Shown here: positions 10,290 through 20,931 of the stretch, in pieces
Numbering within the stretch: position 1 is the first letter of the stretch
Layout of the letters: the number at the start of each line of letters is the position of its first letter
Assembly (NCBI GenBank): GCA_963728915.1
Contig: CAVSLV010000001.1
Coordinates: 1,408,001-1,472,000 of the forward strand
Reading direction: 5' to 3'
Source: an uncultured Gemmatimonadales bacterium
GTDB lineage: Bacteria; Gemmatimonadota; Gemmatimonadetes; Gemmatimonadales; GWC2-71-9
Length of the DNA: 64,000 nt
Position numbers and translations under genes: made by a program
Notes under the pieces: generated by a model
What the model was told of the DNA's origin: nothing
What the model saw: the letters and a program-made list of their open reading frames with translations, nothing else
Database searches by the model: none

Positions 10290-10581
10290 TCACGCCGCAT
10301 ACTCGACCGGAAGCACGGCGACATGCAGCCGTTCGCCCTCGGGGAGCCGGCGGGACTCCTCCAACACCGCATTCACGACGATTCGCTCCTCCTCCGAAGG
10401 TACCAGACTGAAGAACACCGTGTTGCCCCCGGGCCAGGCTCGGGTTACCAAGCCGGCGTCCGGTCTGGCCGGCTCCCCGCGCTCCGGGAAGCTCGGTGTA
10501 ACCTTCGACTCGATGCCGGTCGAGCAGCGCGCTCACCCGTTCGGGGCTTGCCCCGGCATAGATCACCAGCAGCATCTTCAC
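10290..10581 (-). CDS. P-II-like transporter-associated protein (PG0541-like), one frameshift
   Basis: Reconstructed MKMLLVIY...VEGYTE...[11 protein letters not shown] / [13 protein letters not shown]...LHVAVLPVE; translationally coupled to the RND gene. Confidence 0.7.
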
Positions 10582-13500
10582 AACTTCGCCTCCTTCCGGC
10601 TGGCCAGCTCCCAGTAGAGCAGGGGAACCACCACCATGGTCAGGACCGTCGCCACCACCGCGCCGCTCATCAGCGCCACTGCCAGTCCCTGGAAGATCGG
10701 ATCGAGCACCATCACCGCACCGCCCGCCACCACCGCGGCCGCGGTCAGCGCGATCGGGCGGAAACGCACCGCCCCGGCATCGATCACCGCATCCGCCAGC
10801 GACCGTCCGCGCTCCCGGGCCAATTGGATGAAATCCACCAGCAGAATGGAATTGCGCACGATGATCCCCGCCAGCGCGATCATCCCGATCATGCTGGTCG
10901 CGGTGAAGAAGGCGCCGCTCAGGGCGTGCCCCGGCAGGATCCCGATCAGGGTCAGGGGAATCGGCGCCATGATCACGAGCGGGGTCGAGAAGGACTGGAA
11001 CCATCCGACCACCAGGACATAGATGAGGAGCAGCACAACGCGCGAATGCCAGACCGAGGTCGCGGAACACTTCGATGGTGATCTGCCACTCCCCGTCCCA
11101 CTTGAGCGCGGTTTCGTCGAGCCGGGCCGGCTGGATCGCGTTGTAGCGCACGATCGGGGCACCACCGACCCGCACGGTATCGAGCGCGCGGTTCATCGCC
11201 AGAATGGCATAGACCGGAGACTCGATGGTCCCCGCGACGTCCCCGGTCACGTAGATCACCGGACGCAGATTCTTCCGAAGCCGCGAGACCGGCTGCACGG
11301 CTGGAATCCACCGTCACGAAGCGCGCCAGCGGCGCCGGCCCCAGCGCGGTCGCGACCGGGATGCCGAGGACCGCCCCCAGCGAGGAGCGCCGCTCCGGCG
11401 GCAGCCGCGGCGATGATCGCGACGGTTCGCGCGCAGTCGGAGAGGTCGCAAGCCCGGCTTCTGGCCGCTCATCGCCAGAGCGACGGTCTGGGCGATCTGC
11501 TCCACACTTGCCCCGGCTTCCGCAGCCCGCACCCGATCGACCTGAAAGCCGCCACTTGGCCTGGGGAGACTCGATGGTCCAGTCCACATCCACCACCCCG
11601 GGCGTCGCCTCGAAGACAGCCATGACCCTGACGCGCCGCCTCGATCCGTATGCTGTCATTCGCGCCATAGACCTCGGCCACCAGGGTGGAAAGCACCGGT
11701 GGGCCGGGCGGAATCTCGGCGACCTTGGCCCGGGCGCCGTAGCGGCGCGCGATCGAGTCGATGCCGGGCCGCGCCGCGACCGCGATGTCGTGGCTCTGGC
11801 GCCTCCGCTCTCCCTTGGGCAGGAGGTTGACCTGAAGGTCCGCGACGTTCCCGCCCTGCCGCAGGAAATAGTGGCGCACCAGCCCATTGAAGTTGAACGG
11901 CGCGGCGGTCCCCGCGTAGGCCTGGACGCTCCGCACTTCGGGCACCGAGCGGAGCCACGCCGCAGATATCGGAAGCGGCGGCATTGGCGGTTTCCAGCGC
12001 CGCACCTTCCGGCAGGTCGAGAATCACCTGAAACTCGCTCTTGTTGTCGAAGGGCAGCATCTTGACCTGCACCGCGCGGACCGCGAGGAGTCCGACCGAC
12101 GCAAGGAGCAGCATCCCGATAACGCCGTAGGTCAGGTAGCGCCTCCGCGTCGCCGGTGAGGAGCGGACTCATGACCCGCCCATACCACCGCCCGAATCCG
12201 GTGCGCTCCTCCGGCCCGGCCGGAGCCCCGGGGGCTGACCCCTTGCCCACATGACCCCGGAGCAGCCGGAGCGCCAGCCAGGGCGTGATCACGAAGGCGA
12301 CGCCGAGGGAGGCCAGCATCGCCGCGGAGGCGCCGATCGGGATGGGACGCATGTAGGGACCCATCAGGCCGGAGACGAACGCCATCGGAAGAATCGCGGC
12401 GATCACCGTGAAGGTCGCCAGAATGGTGGGATTCCCCACCTCGTCGACCCCTTCCACGGCGGCTTCCTCGGGGGGACGGCGCGCCAGCTTCAGGTGACGA
12501 TAGATGTTCTCGACCACGACGATGGCGTCGTCCACCAGAATGCCGATCGAGAAGATCAGCGCAAAGAGGGTGATCCGGTTGAGCGAGTAGCCCAGCGCAT
12601 AGTAGACGAAGAGCGTGAGCGCGAGCGTCACCGGCACCGCGACCAGCACGACCAGCGCCTCCCGCCAGCCCAGAACGATCCCGATCAGCGCGGTCACCGA
12701 GAGCGTGGCGAGCAGCAGGTGAAAGATCAGCTCGTTGGCTTTCTCGGTCGCGGTCTCTCCGTAATTCCGGGTCACCGCGAGGGCCACCGAGGCCGGCAAC
12801 AACCGCTGCCGCCCGGCCTCGAGCCGTTCTTCCACCGCGAGCGCGACCGTGGCCGCGTTGGCGCCCCGCCGTTTGGCCACCGCGATCGTCACTGCCTGCT
12901 CCGGCGCTTCCTCTCCCTGCCGGTGAGTGACATAGGACACCGGCTCCCCATAGCCCTCGCGAACCTCGGCGACGCTCCCGAGATAGACAGGACGTCCGCC
13001 CCGACTGGCTACCACCACCCCCGAGAGCTCGGCGGGGTTCGAGAGCGGAGCGCCTACCTCGACCCGGATCGCCTGGTCGGCCGAGCGCACCTCTCCGGCC
13101 GGCAAACGACGGTTCGCGCCATGGAGTGCCGCAACGACTTCGCCGGGAGTCACCCCGCTGGCGGCGAGGCGGGCGGGATCGAGGAGCACCTCGAACTGGC
13201 GCGGGGCACCTCCCACGACGAAGGTCCGCGAAACATCGGGGATGGTCCGGATCTCGTCTTCCAGGTGAATGGCCATCTCGCGCAGCATATTCGATCCGTA
13301 GCCGCCACCATGCAGAGTGAAGGTCAGAATCGGTACGTCATCGATGGCGTAGGGCCGGACCAGGGGCGCCGACGCGCCCGGCGGAGCCTGATCCATCGCG
13401 GCCATGAGCTTGGCGTGGACCTTCACCACGCTTTGCTCCTGGTTGGCGCCCACCTTGAAGCGCACCGTCACCAGGGTCGTGCTCTCCCCCGCCATGCTGT

Positions 13501-13750
13501 ACACGTATTCCACTCCGGGGATCTCCCACATCATCCGCTCGATCGGACGGGTGAGGAGATTCTCGACCTCCGCCGGGCTCGCACCGGGCAGCGCCGCCAG
13601 CACATCGATCATGGGGACCGAGATCTGCGGCTCCTCCTCGCGGGGGGTAGCCAGCAGCGCGATCCCGCCGACAATGAGGGCGGCGAGGGTGACCAGCGGC
13701 GTCAGACGGGAACGGAGGAACCCGCTGGCGATGCGACCGGCGATGCCCAT
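10578..13750 (-). CDS. RND efflux transporter permease (AcrB/CusA-like), several apparent frameshifts
   Basis: [42 protein letters not shown] across frames. Confidence 0.9.
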
Positions 13751-13751
13751 C

Positions 13752-14783
13752 TCAGGGACCTCGGTTCGCGGCGAGCACGCTATCGCCCGGTGCCAACCCG
13801 GTGAGCACCTCGACCTGGTCGCCTGCCCGTGCGCCCAGCCTGACCCAGCGAAGCTCGGCTCCGGCGCCACGGCGCACCCGTAGCCCGGTGAGATCCCCTT
13901 CCCGGACCACGAGCCCCGCCGGTACCATCACGGCGGGGCGAGTGCCGAGCGGAATCGCGAGCGTAACCGCGGACCCGGAAAACCATTCTCCCTTGAGGTT
14001 CGGGATCGTCGCATTGACCGTCGCGAGATTGCCGCCGGGCGCGGGCACCACCCCTTCGACCACCGCCTCCACCACTCGGCCCTCGATGGTTCCGCCGATC
14101 CGGTCGCCCCGGCGGAGATGGCCGGCAACGGCGGGGAGGGCGGTGGTCGAGAGCCGGAGGGTCGAGGGATCCTCCAGCTCGAGCAGCGGTTGCCCCGGCG
14201 CGGCGAAGGCTCCCGGATCGACCAGCCGGCGGGTTATGACGCCCCCGAACGGCGCGCGCAGCACGGCATAGTCGCCGGTGGCGGCCACCTCCTGCTCGGC
14301 GGCGCCGGCCTGACGCAGTGCCGCATCCGCCCGCGCCAGCGTTGCTTCCGCCTGGTCGAGCTGGGCCCGGGCGGCCGCACTGTCGCCGTAGAGGGCCCGG
14401 ATCCTTCGCGCCTGGGTTTCCGCCTCGTGAAAAGCCGCTTCGGCGGCGGCGCGACCGGCCCGGGTCTGCTCGCGGCGGGCGTCCAGGTCGCGGGCGTCGA
14501 GCCGAACCAGCACCTGGCCGGCGAGAACCCGCTCGCCCTCTCGCACCGTCACCGCCGTCACTCGGGCCATCAGCTTGGAGGCCAGTTGGGCTCGCTGCAC
14601 CGGCACCGCGACTCCGCTGGCACTAAAGAGGTCGGTGATCGTGGTTTCTCGCGCCACCCAGGCCACCGCTTCGGCGCTGGACGGCGGTGCGGCCGATTCG
14701 GTCCGTTTGCTCCCGCAAGCCGCCAACCCGGCGATCGCGACGACCGCCCCCAATCTTCGACCCGGCCCAAAATCGATCTTCAT
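13752..14783 (-). CDS. RND efflux periplasmic adaptor (MFP), lipoprotein
   Basis: Lipobox LAAC, lipoyl half-motifs VREGERV and LRAPFGG, helical hairpin. Confidence 0.92.
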   Translation of the reverse strand: MKIDFGPGRRLGAVVAIAGLAACGSKRTESAAPPSSAEAVAWVARETTITDLFSASGVAVPVQRAQLASKLMARVTAVTVREGERVLAGQVLVRLDARDLDARREQTRAGRAAAEAAFHEAETQARRIRALYGDSAAARAQLDQAEATLARADAALRQAGAAEQEVAATGDYAVLRAPFGGVITRRLVDPGAFAAPGQPLLELEDPSTLRLSTTALPAVAGHLRRGDRIGGTIEGRVVEAVVEGVVPAPGGNLATVNATIPNLKGEWFSGSAVTLAIPLGTRPAVMVPAGLVVREGDLTGLRVRRGAGAELRWVRLGARAGDQVEVLTGLAPGDSVLAANRGP

Positions 14784-16135
14784 GGCATTCCCCCGCCCTG
14801 ATTCCGCATGGTGAAATCGCTGAGGTCGTATCCCATGGCCACGACCCACGCTCCCCCGGCGACCAGGAGCCGGTAGGCGGCGGCGGCGCGCTCGACCCGG
14901 ACCTGCACCTCGAGCGCCGCCGCCTCCAGAAGCTCGGTGACCGTCGCAAGCCCCCCTTCGTACTTGCGGGTTACGATGCGGTGAGCTTCGCCGGCCTGTC
15001 CGACCGCCCGTTCGGCGATTCCAAGGCTGGCGCGGGCAACCTCCAGGTCAATACGCCGCTCCTCCTGCTCCAGCCGGGCCTGTGCCGTCGCGGCTTCCGC
15101 CTGGGCGTCGGCTCGCGCGGCTTCGGCCCGGGCCCGGCTCCGCTCCACCAGCTCGGAGCCCCCGCTGAACAGCGACCATCGCGCGATCACCCCCACGGTC
15201 CAGGCCGAATGGCCGCCGAAGGGACGGTCGGGGGCATTCCAGTCCAGCCGTCCGAAGGAGTTGATCGTTGGGAGGAGAAGCGACCCGGCGCGGGTTATGT
15301 CCCGATGCGCCGCCAGGGCGCCAAGCCGCGCCGCCTCGACATCCGCCCTGACCACCGGGACAGGAGTCGGGTCGATCCCCATCAACCGCGACGAATCGGG
15401 AAGCCGATCGGGCAGTGCGAATGACGAATCCTCGGGGAGCCCGAGGGTCAGGGCGAGCCGCCGGACCGCGATCGTTCGGGCCCCCCGGGCGGCCAGCAGC
15501 TGCGCTTCCACCTCGCCAGCCTTGACTTGCGCCAGCAGAAGATCGGAGCGGGTCACGATCCCTTGTTCGAGCAGGGACTGGGCGAGACGCACGTGACTCC
15601 GCGCCGCCGCCAGGCCGGCCTCGAGCGCAGCGACCTGCTCCCGGGCGAGAATGCCGCCGAAATAGTCCCGCACGACCTCCAGCTGGACCTGGGCCCGGCT
15701 CCAGTGCGCCATGGACTCACTGGCGCGAGTGGCGCTCGCCGCGGCGCTTCGGCCGAGCCAGGCCTCTGGATTGAGCAGGGGCACTTCCGCCACCAGACCG
15801 GCCCCCACGTTGGAGGTCGGCCCAGGGTCGTTCAGGTGATCAGGATCGAAGGAAGCCTGGGTGACGACCCGCTGGCGCAGACGGACGCCGAAGGCGCCGA
15901 GCGGGTCGGTGGTGCGGGTCCACCCGGCTTCGGCCCGAACCGTGGGAAGGAGGCCCCGCAGGGTGCGGTCGCGTTCGGCGGCGCGCGCCATCACCTCGGC
16001 CTGCGCCATTCGATTGGCAAAGGCGTGCTGGTCGGCGAGGGCCAGCGCCTCGCGGAACGTCAGGACCTGCTGCGCGGGGACGCCCGAAGGGGCGGCCAAT
16101 GCACCAAGGAGAAGCAGCCGCGACGCGACATTCAT
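14780..16135 (-). CDS. TolC family outer-membrane efflux protein
   Basis: Signal peptide, repeated OEP helices (YEGGLATVTELLEA); first gene of the efflux operon. Confidence 0.9.
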   Translation of the reverse strand: MNVASRLLLLGALAAPSGVPAQQVLTFREALALADQHAFANRMAQAEVMARAAERDRTLRGLLPTVRAEAGWTRTTDPLGAFGVRLRQRVVTQASFDPDHLNDPGPTSNVGAGLVAEVPLLNPEAWLGRSAAASATRASESMAHWSRAQVQLEVVRDYFGGILAREQVAALEAGLAAARSHVRLAQSLLEQGIVTRSDLLLAQVKAGEVEAQLLAARGARTIAVRRLALTLGLPEDSSFALPDRLPDSSRLMGIDPTPVPVVRADVEAARLGALAAHRDITRAGSLLLPTINSFGRLDWNAPDRPFGGHSAWTVGVIARWSLFSGGSELVERSRARAEAARADAQAEAATAQARLEQEERRIDLEVARASLGIAERAVGQAGEAHRIVTRKYEGGLATVTELLEAAALEVQVRVERAAAAYRLLVAGGAWVVAMGYDLSDFTMRNQGGGMP

Positions 16136-16171
16136 AACTTAATAACTATATAGTTATATATAAATAGTCAA
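16136..16171 (-). promoter_or_regulatory. AT-rich promoter with perfect 16-bp palindrome (candidate ArsR operator)
   Basis: ATAACTATATAGTTAT palindrome at 16142-16157; TTGACT -35 on the minus strand at 16171-16166; no SD before the TolC ATG. Confidence 0.7.
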
Positions 16172-16303
16172 CCGGCACGCTCGGCAAGCTTCCCGCCGCC
16201 TTCACGCTACCAGCGCTCCGTCCGGGCGACCCGCTCCGGGAGACCCCGATCCGCCCGGAGCAGGGAAAAGATCATGGCCAGAGCAGCGCCGTCCGCACCG
16301 TCA

Positions 16304-17227
16304 TCACCAGGGCTGGGGCAGCGAGGGACGCGCTGCGAGCACCGGCTTGCTCGCGCCCCGGATCACTTTGTCCGCCACGCTCCCCAGGAGCAGCCGGCGG
16401 ACTCCTCCGCGCCCATGCGTCGCCATCGCGATCAGGTCATAGCGGCCTTGCGCAAGGGTCTCCAGCAATCCTCCCGCCGCGCTGGACCCATCCACAATCC
16501 GGGCAGAAACGCTCAAGCCCCGATCGCGAAGGTCCCCGGCGATCCGGTCGAGCTTCTTCTGCGCGGTCTGGCGCTGCTCCTCGAAGATCTGCGGAGGAAT
16601 GCTCGGCACATAGGGCCCACCCATGGCGATCGGGCCGAGCACCGGCTCGACCACGTACACCAGGGTCACATGGCCCTCGGTGAGCTGTGCCAGCCTCACC
16701 ACCGGCTCCAGGATCGCCTCGGACTCGGGGGAGAGGTCCAGCGAAACCAGGATCGAGTGCAGGGCGGGCTCCTCGGTCGGCTCGGTCCGGTCCGGATGGA
16801 CCAGCAGGACTGGAATCGTAAGATGCCGAATCAGATAATCCGCCACGCTTCCCAGCCAGAGCCGCCCCATCGCGCCCCGGCCATGGGTGGCCATCACGAC
16901 CAGATCCGCATCGACCCCGGTGGCCTCTTCACAAAGGACCGGGCCGGGAGCCCCCTCAAGATCCCGGAATTCCACCATGGGAAATCCGGAATGCAGCAGC
17001 TCACCGGAGAGCGCGGCCAGATAGGAGCGTTCCTTGTCCCGGGTCTGCTCATCCACTTCGATCATGGGCGGAGTGTCGCCCATTCCCACCAGGGCAGGCA
17101 CCGGTTCGTGAACCATGATCAGGTGGATCCTGGCCTGGGTGCTCCGGGCCAGCCGGGTCGCAAACGGTATGGCAGCCTCGGCAAAGTGCGAACCGTCCAA
17201 TGGAACCAGAATGTTGCGGTAGCTCAT
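16304..17227 (-). CDS. Universal stress protein (tandem USP domains)
   Basis: ILVPLDGS...MATHGRG...LGSVAD, occurring twice. Confidence 0.95.
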   Translation of the reverse strand: MSYRNILVPLDGSHFAEAAIPFATRLARSTQARIHLIMVHEPVPALVGMGDTPPMIEVDEQTRDKERSYLAALSGELLHSGFPMVEFRDLEGAPGPVLCEEATGVDADLVVMATHGRGAMGRLWLGSVADYLIRHLTIPVLLVHPDRTEPTEEPALHSILVSLDLSPESEAILEPVVRLAQLTEGHVTLVYVVEPVLGPIAMGGPYVPSIPPQIFEEQRQTAQKKLDRIAGDLRDRGLSVSARIVDGSSAAGGLLETLAQGRYDLIAMATHGRGGVRRLLLGSVADKVIRGASKPVLAARPSLPQPW

Positions 17228-17424
17228 GACGGGCCTCCCTTCACGGTCGAAATGCCGAGGACGGAGTACAAGGGGCAAGTGCCCAGGAGGCCGGTCCCGA
17301 GGGGGACCAGCCCGATCAACGTGACGTAGCGCCAAGGTGCATCCAGGGCGCCGTAGAGACCGAGAATGAGAATCCCGAGAATGATCCGGATCACCCGATC
17401 CAGCGAACCGATATTGCGCCGCAT
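17224..17424 (-). CDS. DUF2892 small membrane protein
   Basis: MRRNIGSLDRVIRIILG...CPLYSVLGIST; AGGAGG RBS. Confidence 0.9.
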   Translation of the reverse strand: MRRNIGSLDRVIRIILGILILGLYGALDAPWRYVTLIGLVPLGTGLLGTCPLYSVLGISTVKGGPS

Positions 17425-17467
17425 TGCATCCTCCTGTCGTTCCGGAAGCAATTACGCACCGACCCCT

Positions 17468-17494
17468 TGAAGTCGACCTGAAGCGCTCGTGAAG
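17468..17494 (-). promoter_or_regulatory. Three CTTCA direct repeats at 11-bp period (candidate OmpR-family binding site)
   Basis: TGAAG on + at 17468, 17479 and 17490, upstream of the minus-strand DUF2892-USP unit. Confidence 0.6.
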
Positions 17495-17522
17495 AAGAGG
17501 AAAGGATGTCCCGATCTGCAGG

Positions 17523-17732
17523 TCAGGGCCGTTCCACGATCCGGGTGGCCCGCGCGGTCACTCCGTGTCGGAGGCAGAGCGAGAGGATCTCTTCCGGCTC
17601 GTGGTCGGCGAGTGGGATTTCGAGCCCGATCGGGGTGGCGAGATGGGGCGGAAGAGCGGCCCGCAACCCGGGCAGGCCGGGAGCGGCAGGATCGAGAAGG
17701 AACAGGCGAAGGACGGGAGACCCGCGGGGCAT
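17523..17732 (-). CDS. Small hypothetical protein
   Basis: 69 aa ORF filling the gap between co-oriented genes; AGGA upstream; protein-like composition. Confidence 0.45.
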   Translation of the reverse strand: MPRGSPVLRLFLLDPAAPGLPGLRAALPPHLATPIGLEIPLADHEPEEILSLCLRHGVTARATRIVERP

Positions 17733-17788
17733 GCGCCAATCCTGGCACGAGCCCGGGCGAGAGCCCCATCCTTGTTATGCGGGTCCCA

Positions 17789-18748
17789 TCACTTTGCTGC
17801 AACCGATCGGGAGCGGACACCGCGTTTCCCGCGCCGGCCCTTTCCGGAAGGCCGGACCACCAGCACGGGCTGGGTGGAGTGACGGATCACCTTGTTGGTC
17901 ACACTCCCGAGCAGCAAGCGTTTGAATCCACTGTAGCCGTGCGTCGTCATGGCGACCAGGTCGAACGATCCCTGGCTGATTTGCTCCAGGATCGTCGCTC
18001 CCGCTCGTGCCCCCGCCACCACGCGGCCCGACGCATTGAGGCCCCGGCGCCGGGCCAGCGCCTCGAACTCGGAGAGCTTCCGCTCCGCCTGGGCCCAGTG
18101 CAGCCGCGCCAGCTCCCCGTCGGCATCCACCGGGTACGGCATGGTGGGGAGGGTAAGGGCCGGGACCGGCTCGACCACGTGCATGGCCGTGATCGCCGGT
18201 CGGAGCCCTAACCCGGCGAGATCGGCGATCGGATCGAGGACCCGGCCGGACTCCGGAGACAGGTCGAGCGGCACCAGGATCCGTCGGCCCGGAATGCCGC
18301 GGGGGGGCGGCCCCCCGGGAAGAAGGAGGACCGGGGCATCGGCGTGGCGAACCACATAGTCGGCCACGCTGCCGAGGCCGAGCCGCCCGAGCGCCCCCCG
18401 GCCATGGGTGGACATCACGATCAGCGCGCCGGGAAGCCTCTGCGCCTCCCGCACGATTACCCGCCCGGCCGCCCCGTCCTCATAGATCACCTTCACCCGG
18501 ATGCGGCCCGCCCTGCGGAGCCGAGCCGCGGTACGCTCGAGATAGGCGCTGTGGCTCCGGTCCAGCTCCTCCATCAGGAGAATGCTGGGGGGTCCGAACT
18601 CCGCGAACGGCGCGAGCCCCTGGGTGGGGTCCTGCACCATGAGCAGGTGGAGCGTCGCGTCGGCGGCCCGCACAATACGACTCGCGATGGGGAGCGCGCG
18701 CTCCGCCACGCGCGAACCATCCAGCGGAACCAGCGCAGAGCGTATCAT
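17789..18748 (-). CDS. Universal stress protein (tandem USP domains)
   Basis: LVPLDGS, MSTHGRG..LGSVAD, MTTHG..LGSVT. Confidence 0.95.
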   Translation of the reverse strand: MIRSALVPLDGSRVAERALPIASRIVRAADATLHLLMVQDPTQGLAPFAEFGPPSILLMEELDRSHSAYLERTAARLRRAGRIRVKVIYEDGAAGRVIVREAQRLPGALIVMSTHGRGALGRLGLGSVADYVVRHADAPVLLLPGGPPPRGIPGRRILVPLDLSPESGRVLDPIADLAGLGLRPAITAMHVVEPVPALTLPTMPYPVDADGELARLHWAQAERKLSEFEALARRRGLNASGRVVAGARAGATILEQISQGSFDLVAMTTHGYSGFKRLLLGSVTNKVIRHSTQPVLVVRPSGKGRRGKRGVRSRSVAAK

Positions 18749-18796
18749 GTCCTTCCTCCTGTTCGAGGACGGGTCAGGAAGAAGCCAGTCACACCA

Positions 18797-20071
18797 TCAC
18801 CCCGGAAGCAGCCGGGAGAGAAGCCAGAGCCCCGCGACCCCGGCCACCGCCTGCGCCGCGAGGCCAGCCAGCACGAGCCACCGGAATCGACGGACTCCGA
18901 GAATCACCGCCAGCGCTCCCTTGAAGAGGCTGTTCACGATGACCCCGAGGGTGATCGCACGGGCCGCGAGACCGATCAGATCGGAAGACTCGGCGAGTCG
19001 GTTCATGCCGAAGGTCAGTGCGTCCATGTCGGTGAGTCCCAGCACGGCCGCCGAGGCCATCACCCCAGACTCGCCAAACTGGTGCCGCATGATCGCAAGG
19101 AGGAACAGAACCACTTGGAAGGCCACCGCCATCTGGATCGCAGATCTGAGCTGCAGCGGGTTTTGGGGCCCTGGCGGCGACTCGCTCGGCGCGGTGCTCC
19201 GCAGGGAGCGCCACGCCAGCAGAATGAGGACCACTCCGGCGGCAAAGATCGGGGCGAGTCCCAGGGCCGCGGAGGGGAGGAGGGCCGCATTCAGAATCAG
19301 GGTGACGACCAGAATCCGAGGCACCAGGACCGTGGAAGCCGCCACCGTCCCGATCGCCAGCGGGATGGCATTCCCGGCATCCCGGCGGCTTTGCCGCGCG
19401 AAATTGAAGGTCACCGCCGTGGAGGAGACCAACCCGCCCAAGGCGCCGAGCAACGGGTATCCCCGAGCCCCGGCAGACTTGCGCGCCAGATAGCCCAGAA
19501 AGTTGAGACCTGAAAAGAGCAACACCACAATCCAGAGGGCACGAGGCCTGATGCTGTCGTACGGTCCATAGGGCCCCGCCGGCAGCAGTGGAAGAATGAC
19601 CAACGCCAGGACCGCGAACTGGAGCGCGGCCCGCATTTCCTGCTGGCCGATCCGGTGAATGAACTGCCGGATGACCTCCTTTTCGCCCAGCGCGAGGACC
19701 GCCACGGCCGCCGCCCCGCTCGCGAGACGGAGATGACCGACCCCGGCGAGAAGCCCAATGCCGAGCACCAGCAGGGCCGCCGCCTCGGTAGTGCCGTCTA
19801 TGGATTCAGGACTGCGGCGGGCGGCGAGAACGTAGGCGGCGATGATGAGTCCGCCGGTCGAGAGGAGCAATGCCGTGGCGACGATGGGCTCTCCAATATC
19901 CACGAGCCAGCCGGCCACTCCTGCAATGGCGCCGAGAAGAAAGAAAGTCCGGACCCCGGCGAATCGAGCACCGGGACCGGACGCATGGCCTGACCACTCC
20001 CGTTCGACCCCAACCGCCATTCCGGCCAGGGCAGCGATGCCAAGCCGGATGACCAGCTCCCCCTCTCCCAT
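18797..20071 (-). CDS. MgtC/SapB N-terminal + DUF4010 membrane protein
   Basis: GVERE...AGVRTF, GTTEAA, GGLVSSTAVT, GLTDMDA; multi-TM. Confidence 0.88.
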   Translation of the reverse strand: MGEGELVIRLGIAALAGMAVGVEREWSGHASGPGARFAGVRTFFLLGAIAGVAGWLVDIGEPIVATALLLSTGGLIIAAYVLAARRSPESIDGTTEAAALLVLGIGLLAGVGHLRLASGAAAVAVLALGEKEVIRQFIHRIGQQEMRAALQFAVLALVILPLLPAGPYGPYDSIRPRALWIVVLLFSGLNFLGYLARKSAGARGYPLLGALGGLVSSTAVTFNFARQSRRDAGNAIPLAIGTVAASTVLVPRILVVTLILNAALLPSAALGLAPIFAAGVVLILLAWRSLRSTAPSESPPGPQNPLQLRSAIQMAVAFQVVLFLLAIMRHQFGESGVMASAAVLGLTDMDALTFGMNRLAESSDLIGLAARAITLGVIVNSLFKGALAVILGVRRFRWLVLAGLAAQAVAGVAGLWLLSRLLPG

Positions 20072-20084
20072 CCCGGTCCCCGCT

Positions 20085-20837
20085 CTAGATAGGGACCGTG
20101 AGAATCGCTATCGGGGCTCTCCGGAGCAAGTCCCTGCCCACATGTCCCGAGCCCGCATCGCCCAGGGGGCCACCGCGACGAACCCCGACGACCAGCAGGT
20201 CCGCCCTGGCCCGCTCCGCTTCGGCAAGAATGTTTTCGACCGGCAACCCGGTGCGAACCTCCAGGCGGGCGGAGGTACCGAGCGAAGGGAATCCACCGAG
20301 GGCGTGGCGCAGCCGTTGCTCCGGAGCGGTGGAGAAGGGATCGGGAGCCACATGCACCGCGCTGAGGGACAGCGAGAAGAGCTCCGCAAAGGCAGCGGCC
20401 CAGGCGATCGTGCCGAGCCCTCGCAGGGTGCCGTCAAGGGCGAGGAGCATGCGGTGAACTTCATCGACCCCCGGGGGAATCAACAAACACGGTTTTTCGA
20501 GTCGCCGAAGCACCACCTCAATCGTGCTTCCCAGCGCTTCGCTCGGATCGACACGGGGTCGCCGGCCGATCACCACCAGGTCGGCTCCCCAATCGCTCGC
20601 GGCTCGGGCAATCTCGATACCGGGAATTCCGTGGGAGGACACCCGGTCGCGAGAAAGAAGCATCGGCTCGGGACCCGCTTCGAGCGGATAGCCCGGCACT
20701 CCATTGGTCGCCACACCCAACACCCGGTAGCTCGCCTGGGCTCGGTGTGCCAGCCGCTCGGCGAATTGGACCGCATGCTGCCCCACCTCGGACCCATTGG
20801 CGGCGGCGAGCACCCGGGTCAGATGATCGGCGGCCAC
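20085..20837 (-). CDS. Universal stress protein
   Basis: ADLVVIG..LGST, LLALDG, ADLLVVG..GHVGRDLL. Confidence 0.85.
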   Translation of the reverse strand: MAADHLTRVLAAANGSEVGQHAVQFAERLAHRAQASYRVLGVATNGVPGYPLEAGPEPMLLSRDRVSSHGIPGIEIARAASDWGADLVVIGRRPRVDPSEALGSTIEVVLRRLEKPCLLIPPGVDEVHRMLLALDGTLRGLGTIAWAAAFAELFSLSLSAVHVAPDPFSTAPEQRLRHALGGFPSLGTSARLEVRTGLPVENILAEAERARADLLVVGVRRGGPLGDAGSGHVGRDLLRRAPIAILTVPI

Positions 20838-20878
20838 GTCAGCTCCTCATGCATGTGGAAGAGCTAAGGGGATTGGCG

Positions 20879-20905
20879 TGAAAGTCCGGTGAAGGTTCTG
20901 TGAGG
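20879..20905 (-). promoter_or_regulatory. Three degenerate CTTCA repeats at 11-bp period in the USP/kinase divergent region
   Basis: TGAAA (20879), TGAAG (20890) and TGAGG (20901) on +. Confidence 0.5.
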
Positions 20906-20931
20906 GGAGGTTTGGAGGTTAGAATTTCCTT

